Below are positions 47,280-56,915 of a stretch of 64,000 nucleotides of DNA, piece after piece. The notes below the pieces were generated by a model, which was not told the DNA's origin, did not search any database, and worked only from the letters and a program-made list of their open reading frames with translations. Location of the stretch: NCBI GenBank assembly GCA_964629815.1, contig CAZVTA010000003.1, positions 112,721 to 176,720 of the forward strand, read 5' to 3'. Within the stretch, counting starts at the first letter, position 1, and every line of letters begins with the position of its first letter. The translations under genes were made by a program, and so were the position numbers. This DNA is from an uncultured Candidatus Saccharibacteria bacterium. GTDB lineage: Bacteria; Patescibacteriota; Saccharimonadia; Saccharimonadales; AWTP1-31.

Positions 47280-47762
47280 ATGGCATCTAATCGTCACCTT
47301 GGCAGAATCGTTGCACTTCAAACGCTCTACGAGCAAGATTTTCGTCGTGACTGCGGTGATGAACATGTTGATATGGCGGAAGTGCTCGATCGCAACATTG
47401 AGCGCTATAAAGAAACAGTCGACGATAAAGATTTTGTGGCGCAGCTTACCAAAGAGGTTGAGCGCTATGCAAGCCAGCTCGATGTTATTATTCAGCCTAT
47501 AGCTCCTGAGTGGCCTATTGATCAAATTGCACGAATGGACCGCCTCGTGTTGCATATGGGTACCTATGAGCTACTTTGTGTTAATGATGTGCCGGCTAAA
47601 GTTGTCATAAACGAGGCAGTAGAACTTGCCAAGGCCTTTGGTGGCGAAAATAGCTCTAAGTTTATCAATGGCGTGCTTGGGACTATTTATCGACAATTCC
47701 TCGATGGTAGCCTGAAGATTCCTGAAGCATTTACGGTTACGCGTACGAAAGAAGAACAATAA
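47280..47762 (+). CDS. nusB: Transcription antitermination factor NusB
   Basis: 160 aa; RIVALQTLYEQDF.., VVINEAVELAKAFGGENSSKFINGVL. Confidence 0.85.
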   Translation: MASNRHLGRIVALQTLYEQDFRRDCGDEHVDMAEVLDRNIERYKETVDDKDFVAQLTKEVERYASQLDVIIQPIAPEWPIDQIARMDRLVLHMGTYELLCVNDVPAKVVINEAVELAKAFGGENSSKFINGVLGTIYRQFLDGSLKIPEAFTVTRTKEEQ

Positions 47763-47764
47763 CT

Positions 47765-48274
47765 ATGAAACGACCTAAACCAATTCCCGGCTTACAAGGA
47801 TTTCGCAAGTTTGTGCGTCGTCGTCCAGCTATTAGCGAGGTGGTGCGTGAACCGACCGCTGGCGGTATTGTGTATCGACGAAACAAGCAAACAAATGATG
47901 TAGAAATCTTGCTTATTCAAGATGCAAAGGACCGTTGGACCATTCCAAAAGGCCATATCGAAGAGGGCGAAAGTGCCAAACAAACAGCAGCACGAGAAGT
48001 TGGTGAAGAGACCGGCCTAAAAGAGATGAAGGTTCTGAATTGGCTTGGTAAAATCAACTTTCGATATCGTCGCATCAATAGTCTTGTACTTATGACCACA
48101 GAAATATTTCTTATCAAGGCGCTTGGCGATACCGACGATCTACAGAAAGAAGAATGGATGAATGGTATTGCGTGGTTTCCGTCTAAAGAAGCGCTCGAAA
48201 AAATCGAGTACGAAGACATTGGAAAATTAATTTTATTAGCATTAAAAAAGATTCGAGAAGATGCAAGACTATAG
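47765..48274 (+). CDS. Nudix hydrolase
   Basis: Nudix box GHIEEGESAKQTAAREVGEETGL. Confidence 0.85.
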   Translation: MKRPKPIPGLQGFRKFVRRRPAISEVVREPTAGGIVYRRNKQTNDVEILLIQDAKDRWTIPKGHIEEGESAKQTAAREVGEETGLKEMKVLNWLGKINFRYRRINSLVLMTTEIFLIKALGDTDDLQKEEWMNGIAWFPSKEALEKIEYEDIGKLILLALKKIREDARL

Positions 48275-48980
48275 TGCATACCAACAATTCGCCAAAGATG
48301 TTCTTGGCGTAACCTTCAACAACATTGATCTACTGGTAACAGCGTTTACTCACCGATCGTATGTAAATGAACATCGTAAGACCGCCAGCGAACATAACGA
48401 GCGATTAGAATTTCTTGGAGACGCCGTGCTTGAGCTGGTTGTTACTAATTATCTGTTCTCTAATTTTACCGAACCAGAAGGCATTCTTACCAACTGGCGT
48501 AGTGCACTTGTTCGAACGGAAAGTATTAGTGCTGCCGCGGCAAATAATAGCTTCGAACCACTGCTTCGCCTAAGTCGTGGTGAACGACGCGGAACCGAGC
48601 GGGCGAGAGCGCAAATTTTAGCCAATGCGTACGAAAGTGTCATCGGTGCGTTGTATCTCGACCAGGGATACGAGGCAGCCCGGGAATTTATTACAAACAC
48701 GCTACTGGTTACATTTCAGAAAATTCTTGAGACTGGTTCGTGGATGGATCCAAAATCTCACCTTCAAGAAGTTGCCCAAAGCAAGGATGGTTTTACGCCG
48801 GTGTATCGAGTGCTGAGTGAAGAAGGTCCAGATCATGAAAAAATCTTTACCGTTGGGGTCTATGTAAACAATACGCTCAAAGGCCAAGGAAGTGGCCCGA
48901 GTAAGCAAGAGGGTCAGCAAAAAGCTGCCGAACAGGCTTTAATGGCATACAACGAAGTAGATAAGAAGACAAAGCATTGA
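48261..48980 (+). CDS. rnc: Ribonuclease III
   Basis: ERLEFLGDAVL signature and a C-terminal dsRBD. Confidence 0.9.
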   Translation: MQDYSAYQQFAKDVLGVTFNNIDLLVTAFTHRSYVNEHRKTASEHNERLEFLGDAVLELVVTNYLFSNFTEPEGILTNWRSALVRTESISAAAANNSFEPLLRLSRGERRGTERARAQILANAYESVIGALYLDQGYEAAREFITNTLLVTFQKILETGSWMDPKSHLQEVAQSKDGFTPVYRVLSEEGPDHEKIFTVGVYVNNTLKGQGSGPSKQEGQQKAAEQALMAYNEVDKKTKH

Positions 48981-49004
48981 CAAAAATAGCAGAGGTAGTA
49001 TAAT
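48977..49004 (+). promoter_or_regulatory. TTGACA-16-TATAAT promoter; ATG at 49012 lies 7 nt after the -10 box
   Basis: Read directly. Confidence 0.6.
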
Positions 49005-49011
49005 ATTTTTT

Positions 49012-49374
49012 ATGAATGCAGATTTTGAGGTCGGTAGACCATATATGGAACAAGTCCTTGCAAGTTCGTATCATTTACAGTGGCTCGTAAAGCTAGGGGC
49101 AGCCGCTGTTGAACCCTATATTCGTAACACGGCAAGCCCTTCTTTCCCTGATTGTGTCCGAGGTTCGGTTACGGGGAATAACGGTACCTATGTAAGCTTT
49201 GAGTCAATTGATCCTAGTCGCCATGCAGTTATGACGATGCAAAGAGTTGTTGGTGGGTTTTCTGAAGCAGTTATGCCAGTAAAAGTTGCTGAATCGGGTG
49301 AGGGATTTTACTATGGTTTACCTACGAGATTATCAGCACATCAAGCAAGACTGCTCGCAGCCGGTCTCAAGTAG
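49012..49374 (+). CDS. Hypothetical protein
   Basis: 120-aa ORF in a leaderless layout. Confidence 0.5.
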   Translation: MNADFEVGRPYMEQVLASSYHLQWLVKLGAAAVEPYIRNTASPSFPDCVRGSVTGNNGTYVSFESIDPSRHAVMTMQRVVGGFSEAVMPVKVAESGEGFYYGLPTRLSAHQARLLAAGLK

Positions 49375-49399
49375 TACCTTACGGGATGAATTAGTCTTG

Positions 49400-49428
49400 T
49401 TGACAAAAGCGCGACTTACCTCTATAAT
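49400..49428 (+). promoter_or_regulatory. Consensus TTGACA-17-TATAAT promoter of the rpsP operon
   Basis: Read directly; 48 nt upstream of the rpsP ATG. Confidence 0.65.
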
Positions 49429-49476
49429 TATGACCAAATTGTTCATAAAACAGTAGAAAAAGGATTTTAGATACAT

Positions 49477-49914
49477 ATGTTAGCTATTCGTTTGCAACGC
49501 ACCGGACGTAAAGGTCATGCTCAGTTTCGCATGGTCGTACAGGAATCACGCCTTACACCAACCAGTGGGCGCGTTGTAGCACAGCTTGGTACCTACAATC
49601 CACACACAAAGTCGCTCACTGTAGATGCCAAAAAGACTCAGTTCTATCTGACCAATGGTGCGCAACCTTCTGATAAAGTCGTTCGACTACTCTCGAGCGA
49701 AAAGAGCGTAACACTGCCTTCTTGGGTTGTGGCGTCTGAGGCAAAGAATCGTACGATTCGTAATCCGGAAAAATTGCGCAAGAACCAACCAAAAGAAGAG
49801 GCTCCTATAGAAGAGCCAGAAGCGGCTGCAGAAGAAGCGGTAGCAGAGGATGCTCCACAAGAAGATGCAGCACAGCTAGAGGCAGATGCCCCTAAAGAAG
49901 ACACAGCTGCGTAG
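49477..49914 (+). CDS. rpsP: 30S ribosomal protein S16 with an acidic Ala/Glu-rich C-terminal extension
   Basis: MLAIRLQRTGRKGHAQFRMVV.. N-terminus; about 60 extra C-terminal residues. Confidence 0.9.
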   Translation: MLAIRLQRTGRKGHAQFRMVVQESRLTPTSGRVVAQLGTYNPHTKSLTVDAKKTQFYLTNGAQPSDKVVRLLSSEKSVTLPSWVVASEAKNRTIRNPEKLRKNQPKEEAPIEEPEAAAEEAVAEDAPQEDAAQLEADAPKEDTAA

Positions 49915-49935
49915 TAAGACCAAGAAATACACAAT

Positions 49936-49960
49936 AGCCCCGTAAGGGGCTTTTTGTTTG
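49936..49960 (+). terminator. Intrinsic terminator after rpsP
   Basis: AGCCCC-GTAA-GGGGCT followed by TTTTGTTTG. Confidence 0.75.
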
Positions 49961-50009
49961 TTATGGTACTGATGGTATAATAAGTTTGTTAAGTAACAGG
50001 GAGTCTGTC

Positions 50010-50429
50010 ATGAGCAGTATTGACCAGCAGTTTGTAGAGTTTATTGTTAAGTCACTTGTCAGTAAGCCCGATGCGGTTGTTATTGAACGACGTATAGACG
50101 AAAAGGGTGTGCTACTAGAACTAACCGTTGATCCAGAAGATCTTGGCCGTATTATCGGCAAGCGAGGAGCAACGGCGCAAAGTTTGCGAACATTATTGCG
50201 TGCACTTGGTACCAAGAACGACGCACGCTTTAACCTCAAGATTGTCGACAATGGTCCACAAGATGGTAAACGATCTCAGCAATCAGAAGAAGCATCGGTT
50301 TCTAACAACAGCGAGCCAGCACAAACAGCTCCAGAGGCAGAAGACGACGATGCAGAGGAAGAGCCTACAAGCGACGTTGTAAGCAAAACACGCCAAGAGC
50401 TTGCCGAACTCGACGACCTCGATCTGTAA
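50010..50429 (+). CDS. KH-domain RNA-binding protein (YlqC/UPF0109-like) with an acidic tail
   Basis: Start moved to MSSIDQQ (AGGGAG SD). LELTVDPEDLGRIIGKRGATAQSLR. Confidence 0.8.
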   Translation: MSSIDQQFVEFIVKSLVSKPDAVVIERRIDEKGVLLELTVDPEDLGRIIGKRGATAQSLRTLLRALGTKNDARFNLKIVDNGPQDGKRSQQSEEASVSNNSEPAQTAPEAEDDDAEEEPTSDVVSKTRQELAELDDLDL

Positions 50430-50617
50430 GCCGCTCTGCTTGCATAATCGGTTTGAGTCAGGTAGACTATATACGAGTCGAAAACGACCAAAACAAAGAT
50501 CTAGAAGCTCATTGCGAGCCATCTCTACTGAGAGGTAGACATGGGAGCTTTATGTGGCAAAACATCCGGTAGCATTTAGCGAACCGGATTTTTTGTTTAT
50601 CTGGTACAATAAACGAA

Positions 50618-51268
50618 GTGAAAATTCAAATTATTACCCTATTTCCCGAAATGTTTCCAGGTGTTATGAACGCCAGTATGCTTTGGAAGGCTCAAGATAA
50701 AAAGCATCTAGATATTAGCTATATTAATCTCCGTAATTATGGTATTGGCCCGAGACAGCAAGTTGATGACACTCCATATGGTGGTGGCGATGGCATGCTA
50801 CTCAAGCCAGAGCCGTTATTTGCAGCGGTAGAGGCCACCAAACAAAACGATCCAACCGCGTTGGTACTACTTATGACGGCACGCGGCGAGCGCTGGGTGC
50901 AAGCAAAAGCTCAGGAATTGGCCGATCAAGACAAGGGTCTTATAATTATCTGTGGTCGTTATGAAGGTTACGATGAACGAATAGTTACGGTTGTTGATCG
51001 ACAGTTGTCGGTTGGTGATTATGTTTTAACGGGTGGTGAGCTGCCAGCAATGATTATTGTCGATAGTATTATCCGACTTATCCCCGGTGTGCTCGGCGGC
51101 GAAACAAGTGCAGCAATAGAGAGTTTTAGCGATGGCAAAACACTGGAATTCCCGCAGTATACTCGTCCGGAAGAGTTTAAGGGCATGAAAGTTCCCGACG
51201 TTCTACTGAGTGGCAATCACGCAGAAATTGCCCGCTGGCGCGAAGAAAATAGCAGCCAGGCTTCTTAG
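50618..51268 (+). CDS. trmD: tRNA (guanine37-N1)-methyltransferase
   Basis: GTG start 7 nt after TGGTACAAT. MKIQIITLFPEMF.., GRYEGYDERI, LTGGELPAMIIVDS. Confidence 0.9.
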   Translation: MKIQIITLFPEMFPGVMNASMLWKAQDKKHLDISYINLRNYGIGPRQQVDDTPYGGGDGMLLKPEPLFAAVEATKQNDPTALVLLMTARGERWVQAKAQELADQDKGLIIICGRYEGYDERIVTVVDRQLSVGDYVLTGGELPAMIIVDSIIRLIPGVLGGETSAAIESFSDGKTLEFPQYTRPEEFKGMKVPDVLLSGNHAEIARWREENSSQAS

Positions 51269-52176
51269 ATCTTTAGCCACAATTTGTGTAGCTTTTGAGC
51301 GAATGCTTGTTTGCGAACAGCAGGACCATAGCGCTTGAATATGTAGCCAACACCAACGTAGGCTGCAAATGCATAGATAATGCCTAAGATAGCGTCTATG
51401 GCGTAATGCTCTCCTTGGTATACGGTTCCAACGTAGATCATCAATGGATAGATACACGCTAGAGCAGCCCACTTACGCCCGAATAATTTATTAATCATGA
51501 GTACAAAAAGGGTTGCGTATGCAGCATGCAGTGAAGGCACGGCTGCAACAGGGTTGGGGGCTATTTTGTTGTAAACCGAAGGGAAGTCATGAATGCCAAG
51601 CGAAAACCATACGTCACTCGATATGCGGCGGATGGGCTCAATCAGTCCTTGGTCCGATGCCATCCATGGTGGGGCTGCCGGAAACAATGTGTAGGTTAGA
51701 AAGCCCGAAAAAGACAAGGCAACATACGTAGCCATGTATTGCCAGTAAAAAGAATCTTTTACCTTCCAAACAACAATAGCTAAGCCTAACGGAAAAATAA
51801 AATGGAGCATATAAAAAATATAGAACGCAAAATCATACCATTGTATCGAGCCGTGCCACCAATGCTGTTGTAGCCAGCTAGTAGGTAGTGCCGAGAAGAT
51901 CCAGCGGTCTGCAGATGGCATCCATAAGTAATTTACGCGCGCGCCCAGATTGTCGGCAAAGCCGCGAAAAGACTCGTAAGTTAGTAACAAGAGTACAAAT
52001 GGTAGAAAACGTTTAAGCATTTCCTTTGCTTGGCCGAAAATCATAAAGACAAGTGTGAGAAAAACCAATAACTTATCGGGCGTTGGCCAGCTGGGGGTGC
52101 GAAGAAACAGTATGATGCATGCGATTGATCCGCACACTCCAACTAGCCGTCCGAAGTTTTGACGGGACATTTTCAT
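51265..52176 (-). CDS. PAP2-superfamily membrane protein (AUR1/PAP2_3-like)
   Basis: Start moved to MKMSRQ, 2 nt after the upstream stop. VPSLHAAYA and GEHYAIDAILG motifs; multi-TM. Confidence 0.65.
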   Translation of the reverse strand: MKMSRQNFGRLVGVCGSIACIILFLRTPSWPTPDKLLVFLTLVFMIFGQAKEMLKRFLPFVLLLLTYESFRGFADNLGARVNYLWMPSADRWIFSALPTSWLQQHWWHGSIQWYDFAFYIFYMLHFIFPLGLAIVVWKVKDSFYWQYMATYVALSFSGFLTYTLFPAAPPWMASDQGLIEPIRRISSDVWFSLGIHDFPSVYNKIAPNPVAAVPSLHAAYATLFVLMINKLFGRKWAALACIYPLMIYVGTVYQGEHYAIDAILGIIYAFAAYVGVGYIFKRYGPAVRKQAFAQKLHKLWLKI

Positions 52177-52177
52177 G

Positions 52178-52981
52178 CTAAATGCTAATGTCTCGCGAGT
52201 TAAAGAAGAAGATTCCGCCAATAGTGCTGATTACTGTAATCAGTACAAATACAATACACGAAACAAGGGGTAGGTGCGCGTTACTAAGTACGGTTACTGC
52301 ATCAAAATAATGAAAGACACTTGCATACTTAAGTCCTTCGAGACTTGGTTTTATGCCAGAAACGACATTTAACACGTACATCAGAAATAGTGTTCCGCCG
52401 ACGATACCGTATACTTTACTGCGATCTTTCATAATAGACGATACCATCATGCCCGTGCTAAAAACAGCGAGTGAAAACAGTGCACAAAAAACAGCGCACA
52501 ATAGAAAGTTTCTTGGGTGAATGTTAAGCTTATAGATCCAGCCGATTGGTATTGGTGCGAGAATCGACGCACATATAAATAGCCCAATACTTAGTGCGCC
52601 GCTTAGGTACTTGCTCATAAATAAACGCGTGCGACTGATTGGTTGTGCTAGCAAGGTGCCAATGGTATTACGTTCAATTTCACCGGCAATGGCATTGCCG
52701 GCACGAGACAGCCCAAGCATAATAACAAGCAAAGGCCACATGAGGCTGAATAGTTCATATGATAAAAATGACTCTATAGTCTCAAAGCCTGCCCCCTCAA
52801 TCTTGAAGGCCTTTTTGAGGGCATCTGGGTAGGTTTCGACGAGCTTATTGAGGCTTGCAGCTTGATCTCGTACGGTTGGAAATAGAATGATATACAACCA
52901 GGTGAGAAGTAGTGCTACGACGACGTAAATGGTTAGAGAAACTTTGCGTTCACGAATTTCGTGTTTAATAAGGGGCCACAT
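52178..52981 (-). CDS. ABC-2 type transporter permease
   Basis: 267 aa, 6 TM; overlaps the stop of the ATPase gene. Confidence 0.7.
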   Translation of the reverse strand: MWPLIKHEIRERKVSLTIYVVVALLLTWLYIILFPTVRDQAASLNKLVETYPDALKKAFKIEGAGFETIESFLSYELFSLMWPLLVIMLGLSRAGNAIAGEIERNTIGTLLAQPISRTRLFMSKYLSGALSIGLFICASILAPIPIGWIYKLNIHPRNFLLCAVFCALFSLAVFSTGMMVSSIMKDRSKVYGIVGGTLFLMYVLNVVSGIKPSLEGLKYASVFHYFDAVTVLSNAHLPLVSCIVFVLITVISTIGGIFFFNSRDISI

Positions 52982-53850
52982 TATCGGTAGTACTCCATAA
53001 ATATATCTTCCAAGTTTGCGTGGGTAATCTCTATATCTTTAATCGGATATTTGCTTGCGGCTTCAATAGTCTCTTGGACGCTTCCTTTGACTCGAAGCAA
53101 AAGGTGTTTGTCACTTTGATGAACAATTGTTATGTTGCTGTCAGAAAAATCTTTGATGTTGATACGTTTGCCGCTGGTAAGTGTTATGTTGTGGATACTC
53201 ATAGCGCGTATTCGCTCCATGCTTTCGTGAGCCACAATGGAACCATCTTTAATGACACCAACTTTATGACATATTTTTTCGACCTCTGGCAAATTGTGCG
53301 AGGAAATAAAAACCGATCCTCCCGCTTGACTGTACTCTTTTAAGATATCGTAAATTTCCTGCTGTAGTAATGGGTCAAGCCCTTTGGTTGGCTCATCAAG
53401 AATCAGTAGCTTAGGCTTACCCATAACGGCTAATAAAAACGCAAGCTTTTGGCGGTTTCCTGTCGATAGATTGCGCACTTGCATTGTGAGGTCGAGTCCT
53501 AGTCGTGATGCGAGTTCGGCAGGTTTGGCTGTTTTTCGGGTATTGGCATAAAAAGCAACATGTTCTGCGCCGGTCCAGTGCTCGTACAGCTGCGATTCCG
53601 CAGGCAAATAGCCGATAAGTTGTTTTACTAGGGCTGATTCATTTTGGGCATCGTGTCCCGACACGGAAATAGTGCCCTCCTGTGGTCGGATAAAATCCAT
53701 GATGCATCGAATAGTGGTTGTTTTGCCGGCGCCATTGGGCCCTAAAAAGCCAAAGATCTCACCAGGATTAATCTGGAAGCTGACATTGTGTATGCCACGT
53801 CCATTGCTATAAGTTTTTGTAACATTATGTAGTCGTAGTACAGCAGCCAT
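52981..53850 (-). CDS. ABC transporter ATP-binding protein
   Basis: Walker A GPNGAGKTT, signature LSTGNRQK, Walker B LLILDEPTKGLD. Confidence 0.9.
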   Translation of the reverse strand: MAAVLRLHNVTKTYSNGRGIHNVSFQINPGEIFGFLGPNGAGKTTTIRCIMDFIRPQEGTISVSGHDAQNESALVKQLIGYLPAESQLYEHWTGAEHVAFYANTRKTAKPAELASRLGLDLTMQVRNLSTGNRQKLAFLLAVMGKPKLLILDEPTKGLDPLLQQEIYDILKEYSQAGGSVFISSHNLPEVEKICHKVGVIKDGSIVAHESMERIRAMSIHNITLTSGKRINIKDFSDSNITIVHQSDKHLLLRVKGSVQETIEAASKYPIKDIEITHANLEDIFMEYYR

Positions 53851-53910
53851 TAGAACTATTGTAGCAGAGCACTAGCAGGTCATGATAGAATATAAATACA
53901 AGGAGGATGT

Positions 53911-54288
53911 ATGCAACTGATTAAGCCAGTATACGCACATTGTGATCTACCATGTGGTGTATACGATCCTGCTCAAGCACGCATTGAAGCTGAGTCGGTA
54001 TTCATGATCATGTCTAAGTATGCATCCCAGCACGACGAGGATAAAATTCGCGCTATTGTCATCAAAGAGCAACGTGCCGAACTAGTAAAACACCATTTGT
54101 GGGTTTTGTGGAGTGATTACTTTAAGCCAGAACATCTTAAACAATTCCCAGACTTACACGATTTGTTTTGGCGGGCAACAAAAGCTGCAAGCGATACCAA
54201 GAAGTCTGTTGATCCTACAGTAGGGCAAAAGCTTCTTGATTTGATTGCAGAAATAACGAAAGTATTCGATGCTACCAAAAAAGGCTAA
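53911..54288 (+). CDS. sodN: Nickel superoxide dismutase precursor
   Basis: Ni-hook HCDLPCGVYDP directly after the 9-aa propeptide MQLIKPVYA; AAGGAGG SD. Confidence 0.9.
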   Translation: MQLIKPVYAHCDLPCGVYDPAQARIEAESVFMIMSKYASQHDEDKIRAIVIKEQRAELVKHHLWVLWSDYFKPEHLKQFPDLHDLFWRATKAASDTKKSVDPTVGQKLLDLIAEITKVFDATKKG

Positions 54289-54565
54289 GCCAAGCGGCTT
54301 CCCGATTTTTTTGAGACGAATACAAGGCGAAAGCATGCTACCAAAATACCGACCTGGTAAGATAGTTGTGTGCACGCGACGCTTTCGTATTGTGTATCCT
54401 GGCGATGTTATTATTTTTCTCCACGAAGGCCGCGAAAAAATAAAAAGAGTTCGTGCCGTGAAGCAGGAACATGTATACGTAATTGGCGATAACCCAACAG
54501 GTAGTACTGACAGTCGTCACCATGGATGGATTCATATCGATGCCATCGTCGCTGTTGTGTTATAA
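54269..54565 (+). CDS. sodX: NiSOD maturation protease (S26 signal-peptidase-like, SodX)
   Basis: GESMLP Ser motif, KIKRV, GDNPTGSTDSRHHG; overlaps the sodN end. Confidence 0.7.
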   Translation: MLPKKAKPSGFPIFLRRIQGESMLPKYRPGKIVVCTRRFRIVYPGDVIIFLHEGREKIKRVRAVKQEHVYVIGDNPTGSTDSRHHGWIHIDAIVAVVL

Positions 54566-54600
54566 ATGCAATTTAGTTGCAAAATGATATACTAAACTCC

Positions 54601-55017
54601 ATGAGTTCTGATATTTTGGCTGCAAAACTCCGTGCGGCGAACTATAGCGCCACCAAGCCGAGGCTAGCAGTGTTTACTATGCTTCGACAACACGACAGCA
54701 TTACTATTCGTGAACTTGTAGAGGGTTTGTGCGGTACTGTAGATCGGGCGAGCGTATATCGAACGATTGACCTGTTTGAAAAGTTAGATATTGTGCATCG
54801 AATATACAATGGCTGGAAGTACAAGCTCGAATTATCAGACGATTTTATGCATCACCATCATCACCTAACCTGTACTATATGTGGCCGCGTAATATCTATC
54901 GACGAAGACACTGAGCTCTCTAAAATCATCGACCGCATGAGTACGATGCATAATTTCACTGTTACGAACCACCAATTTGAACTAACTGGGGTCTGTCAGT
55001 CTTGCGCGACAGCTTAA
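54601..55017 (+). CDS. Fur-family metalloregulator (possibly Nur-like)
   Basis: Start moved to MSSDIL, 7 nt after TGATATACT. Winged helix; HHHHHLTCTICG..CQSC metal sites. Confidence 0.8.
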   Translation: MSSDILAAKLRAANYSATKPRLAVFTMLRQHDSITIRELVEGLCGTVDRASVYRTIDLFEKLDIVHRIYNGWKYKLELSDDFMHHHHHLTCTICGRVISIDEDTELSKIIDRMSTMHNFTVTNHQFELTGVCQSCATA

Positions 55018-56846
55018 GATTTCTGGGCGCGTTTTCGTTTGTTGTGGTCAAGCTCGCGTTTGCGAAGCCGTAGGTTAAGTGGAGTAACCTCGAGTAGTTC
55101 GTCGTTCTCGATAAAATCGATGCATTCTTCCAGGCTGAGTCTCGTAGGTGGTGTAAGCTGTACGACACCATCACTTGAAGAACTGCGCATGTTTGTGAGG
55201 TGCTTTGCTTTGCATACGTTTATTTCCATATCATCACCCCGGCGGTTAAGACCAACGATTTGCCCAGCATATACCTTTTCAGCGGGCCCAACAAAACATG
55301 TGCCTCGTTCTTCGGCTGTTTGTAGTGCATACGGCGTTGTTGTGCCGTTTTCAAATGCTACAAGTACACCGTTGCGTAACTGCTCAATTGGCGCGCCGAG
55401 CGGTTGATAGCCAATCATGAGTGAGTTCATGACGACGGTACCTTTGGTGTTAGTGATAAGTATATTACGTAAACCAAGCAGCGCACGGGTCGGTAACTCA
55501 TAGACAAGTTTCGTAACACCTTTTGGACTTGCAAATTGTTCTTTGAGCGTCGCCTTGCGCGAGCCGAGCTCCATTTGTATGCTCCCAACGTGTTCTGCAG
55601 GGACTTCTATCAAGAGCTCTTCGAGTGGTTCCATGGTCGTACCGTTTTCTTCTTTGGTCACAACCTGTGGTCGTCCAACTTCGAATTCAAAGCCTTCGCG
55701 TCGCATTGTTTCGATGAGCACGCTTAGGTGTAATTCGCCTCGTCCACTTACGAGGAAGCCAATGCCGTCTTCTTCAACCGATAGACCAATATTGGTTTCA
55801 AGCTCTTTCTTGAGGCGATCGCCAATTTGACGACTCGTGTTGAACTGGCTTTCTTGGCCTTTAAACGGGCTCGTATTTGGACCCAAATAAATTTTGAGTG
55901 TTGGTGCTTCAACTTCCAGTACTGGCAAAGCTTCTGGATTGTCGGTGTCGGCAACCGTTTCCCCAATTTGTGCATCGGTAAGGCCAGTGAGCTGCACGAT
56001 GTCGCCAGCTATACCGGCTTCTACTTCTTTGCGAGAAACGCCGTGGCTCATCAAGATACTGTCGATCTTTGCGCGTGTAATCGTTCCATCTTTCTTACAG
56101 AGGGCAACCTGTTGACCGGTTTTTACCGTGCCTCGATTGATACGACCAATGGCGTATTTGCCTTTAAAGCTATCCCAGTCGAGTGCGGTAATAAGCATTT
56201 GTAGTGGCTTGTCGACATCAACTTCAGGCTGGGGAACATGCTCGGTAATCGCATCAAATATAGGCTCGAGGTCCGCTGCGGTAGTGCTGTCTTCGGGGAT
56301 TTGTTTCCATGATTTACCTTCACGACCAATGGCGTAGAAGATAGGGTAGTGTAGCTGATCTTCGTGTACTGCTAGTTCTAGGAACAGATCGGCAAGTTCG
56401 TCCTCTACCTCTGCAATTCGGCTGCCTGGCTTATCGATCTTATTAATAACGACAATTGGCTTTAGCTCAGCAGCGAGTGCTTTCGATAAGACAAACTTCG
56501 TCTGGGGCATAGGACCTTCTTGGGCGTCTACAATCAGTAGGCAGCCGTCGGCCATATTGAGGGTTCGTTCTACTTCGCCGCTAAAGTCGGCGTGGCCTGG
56601 CGTATCAATAATATTTACGCGGTAGCCATTGTGCTCAACGGCAGTCACTTTTGCGGTGATGGTAATGCCTCGTTCGCGCTCTTGATCGCCGCTGTCCATG
56701 ATTAATTCTTGGCTCATTTCGGCTTGGTTGTCGCGAAAAGTATTGGACTGCTTTAATAGTCCATCGACGAGTGTGGTTTTGCCATGGTCGACGTGTGCGA
56801 TGATGGCGATATTGCGGATTTTGTCTGGTGTTATATTCATAAGCAA
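55014..56846 (-). CDS. typA: Translational GTPase TypA/BipA
   Basis: 610 aa; AHVDHGKTT, DTPGH, NKID G-motifs; EF-G-like domains. Confidence 0.95.
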   Translation of the reverse strand: MLMNITPDKIRNIAIIAHVDHGKTTLVDGLLKQSNTFRDNQAEMSQELIMDSGDQERERGITITAKVTAVEHNGYRVNIIDTPGHADFSGEVERTLNMADGCLLIVDAQEGPMPQTKFVLSKALAAELKPIVVINKIDKPGSRIAEVEDELADLFLELAVHEDQLHYPIFYAIGREGKSWKQIPEDSTTAADLEPIFDAITEHVPQPEVDVDKPLQMLITALDWDSFKGKYAIGRINRGTVKTGQQVALCKKDGTITRAKIDSILMSHGVSRKEVEAGIAGDIVQLTGLTDAQIGETVADTDNPEALPVLEVEAPTLKIYLGPNTSPFKGQESQFNTSRQIGDRLKKELETNIGLSVEEDGIGFLVSGRGELHLSVLIETMRREGFEFEVGRPQVVTKEENGTTMEPLEELLIEVPAEHVGSIQMELGSRKATLKEQFASPKGVTKLVYELPTRALLGLRNILITNTKGTVVMNSLMIGYQPLGAPIEQLRNGVLVAFENGTTTPYALQTAEERGTCFVGPAEKVYAGQIVGLNRRGDDMEINVCKAKHLTNMRSSSSDGVVQLTPPTRLSLEECIDFIENDELLEVTPLNLRLRKRELDHNKRKRAQKS

Positions 56847-56915
56847 AAATAAAGAGTCACGAAACGTGACTGCATTTCTAAGTTATTCTAACACAAACAT
56901 AAGCTTTTGAAAAGA

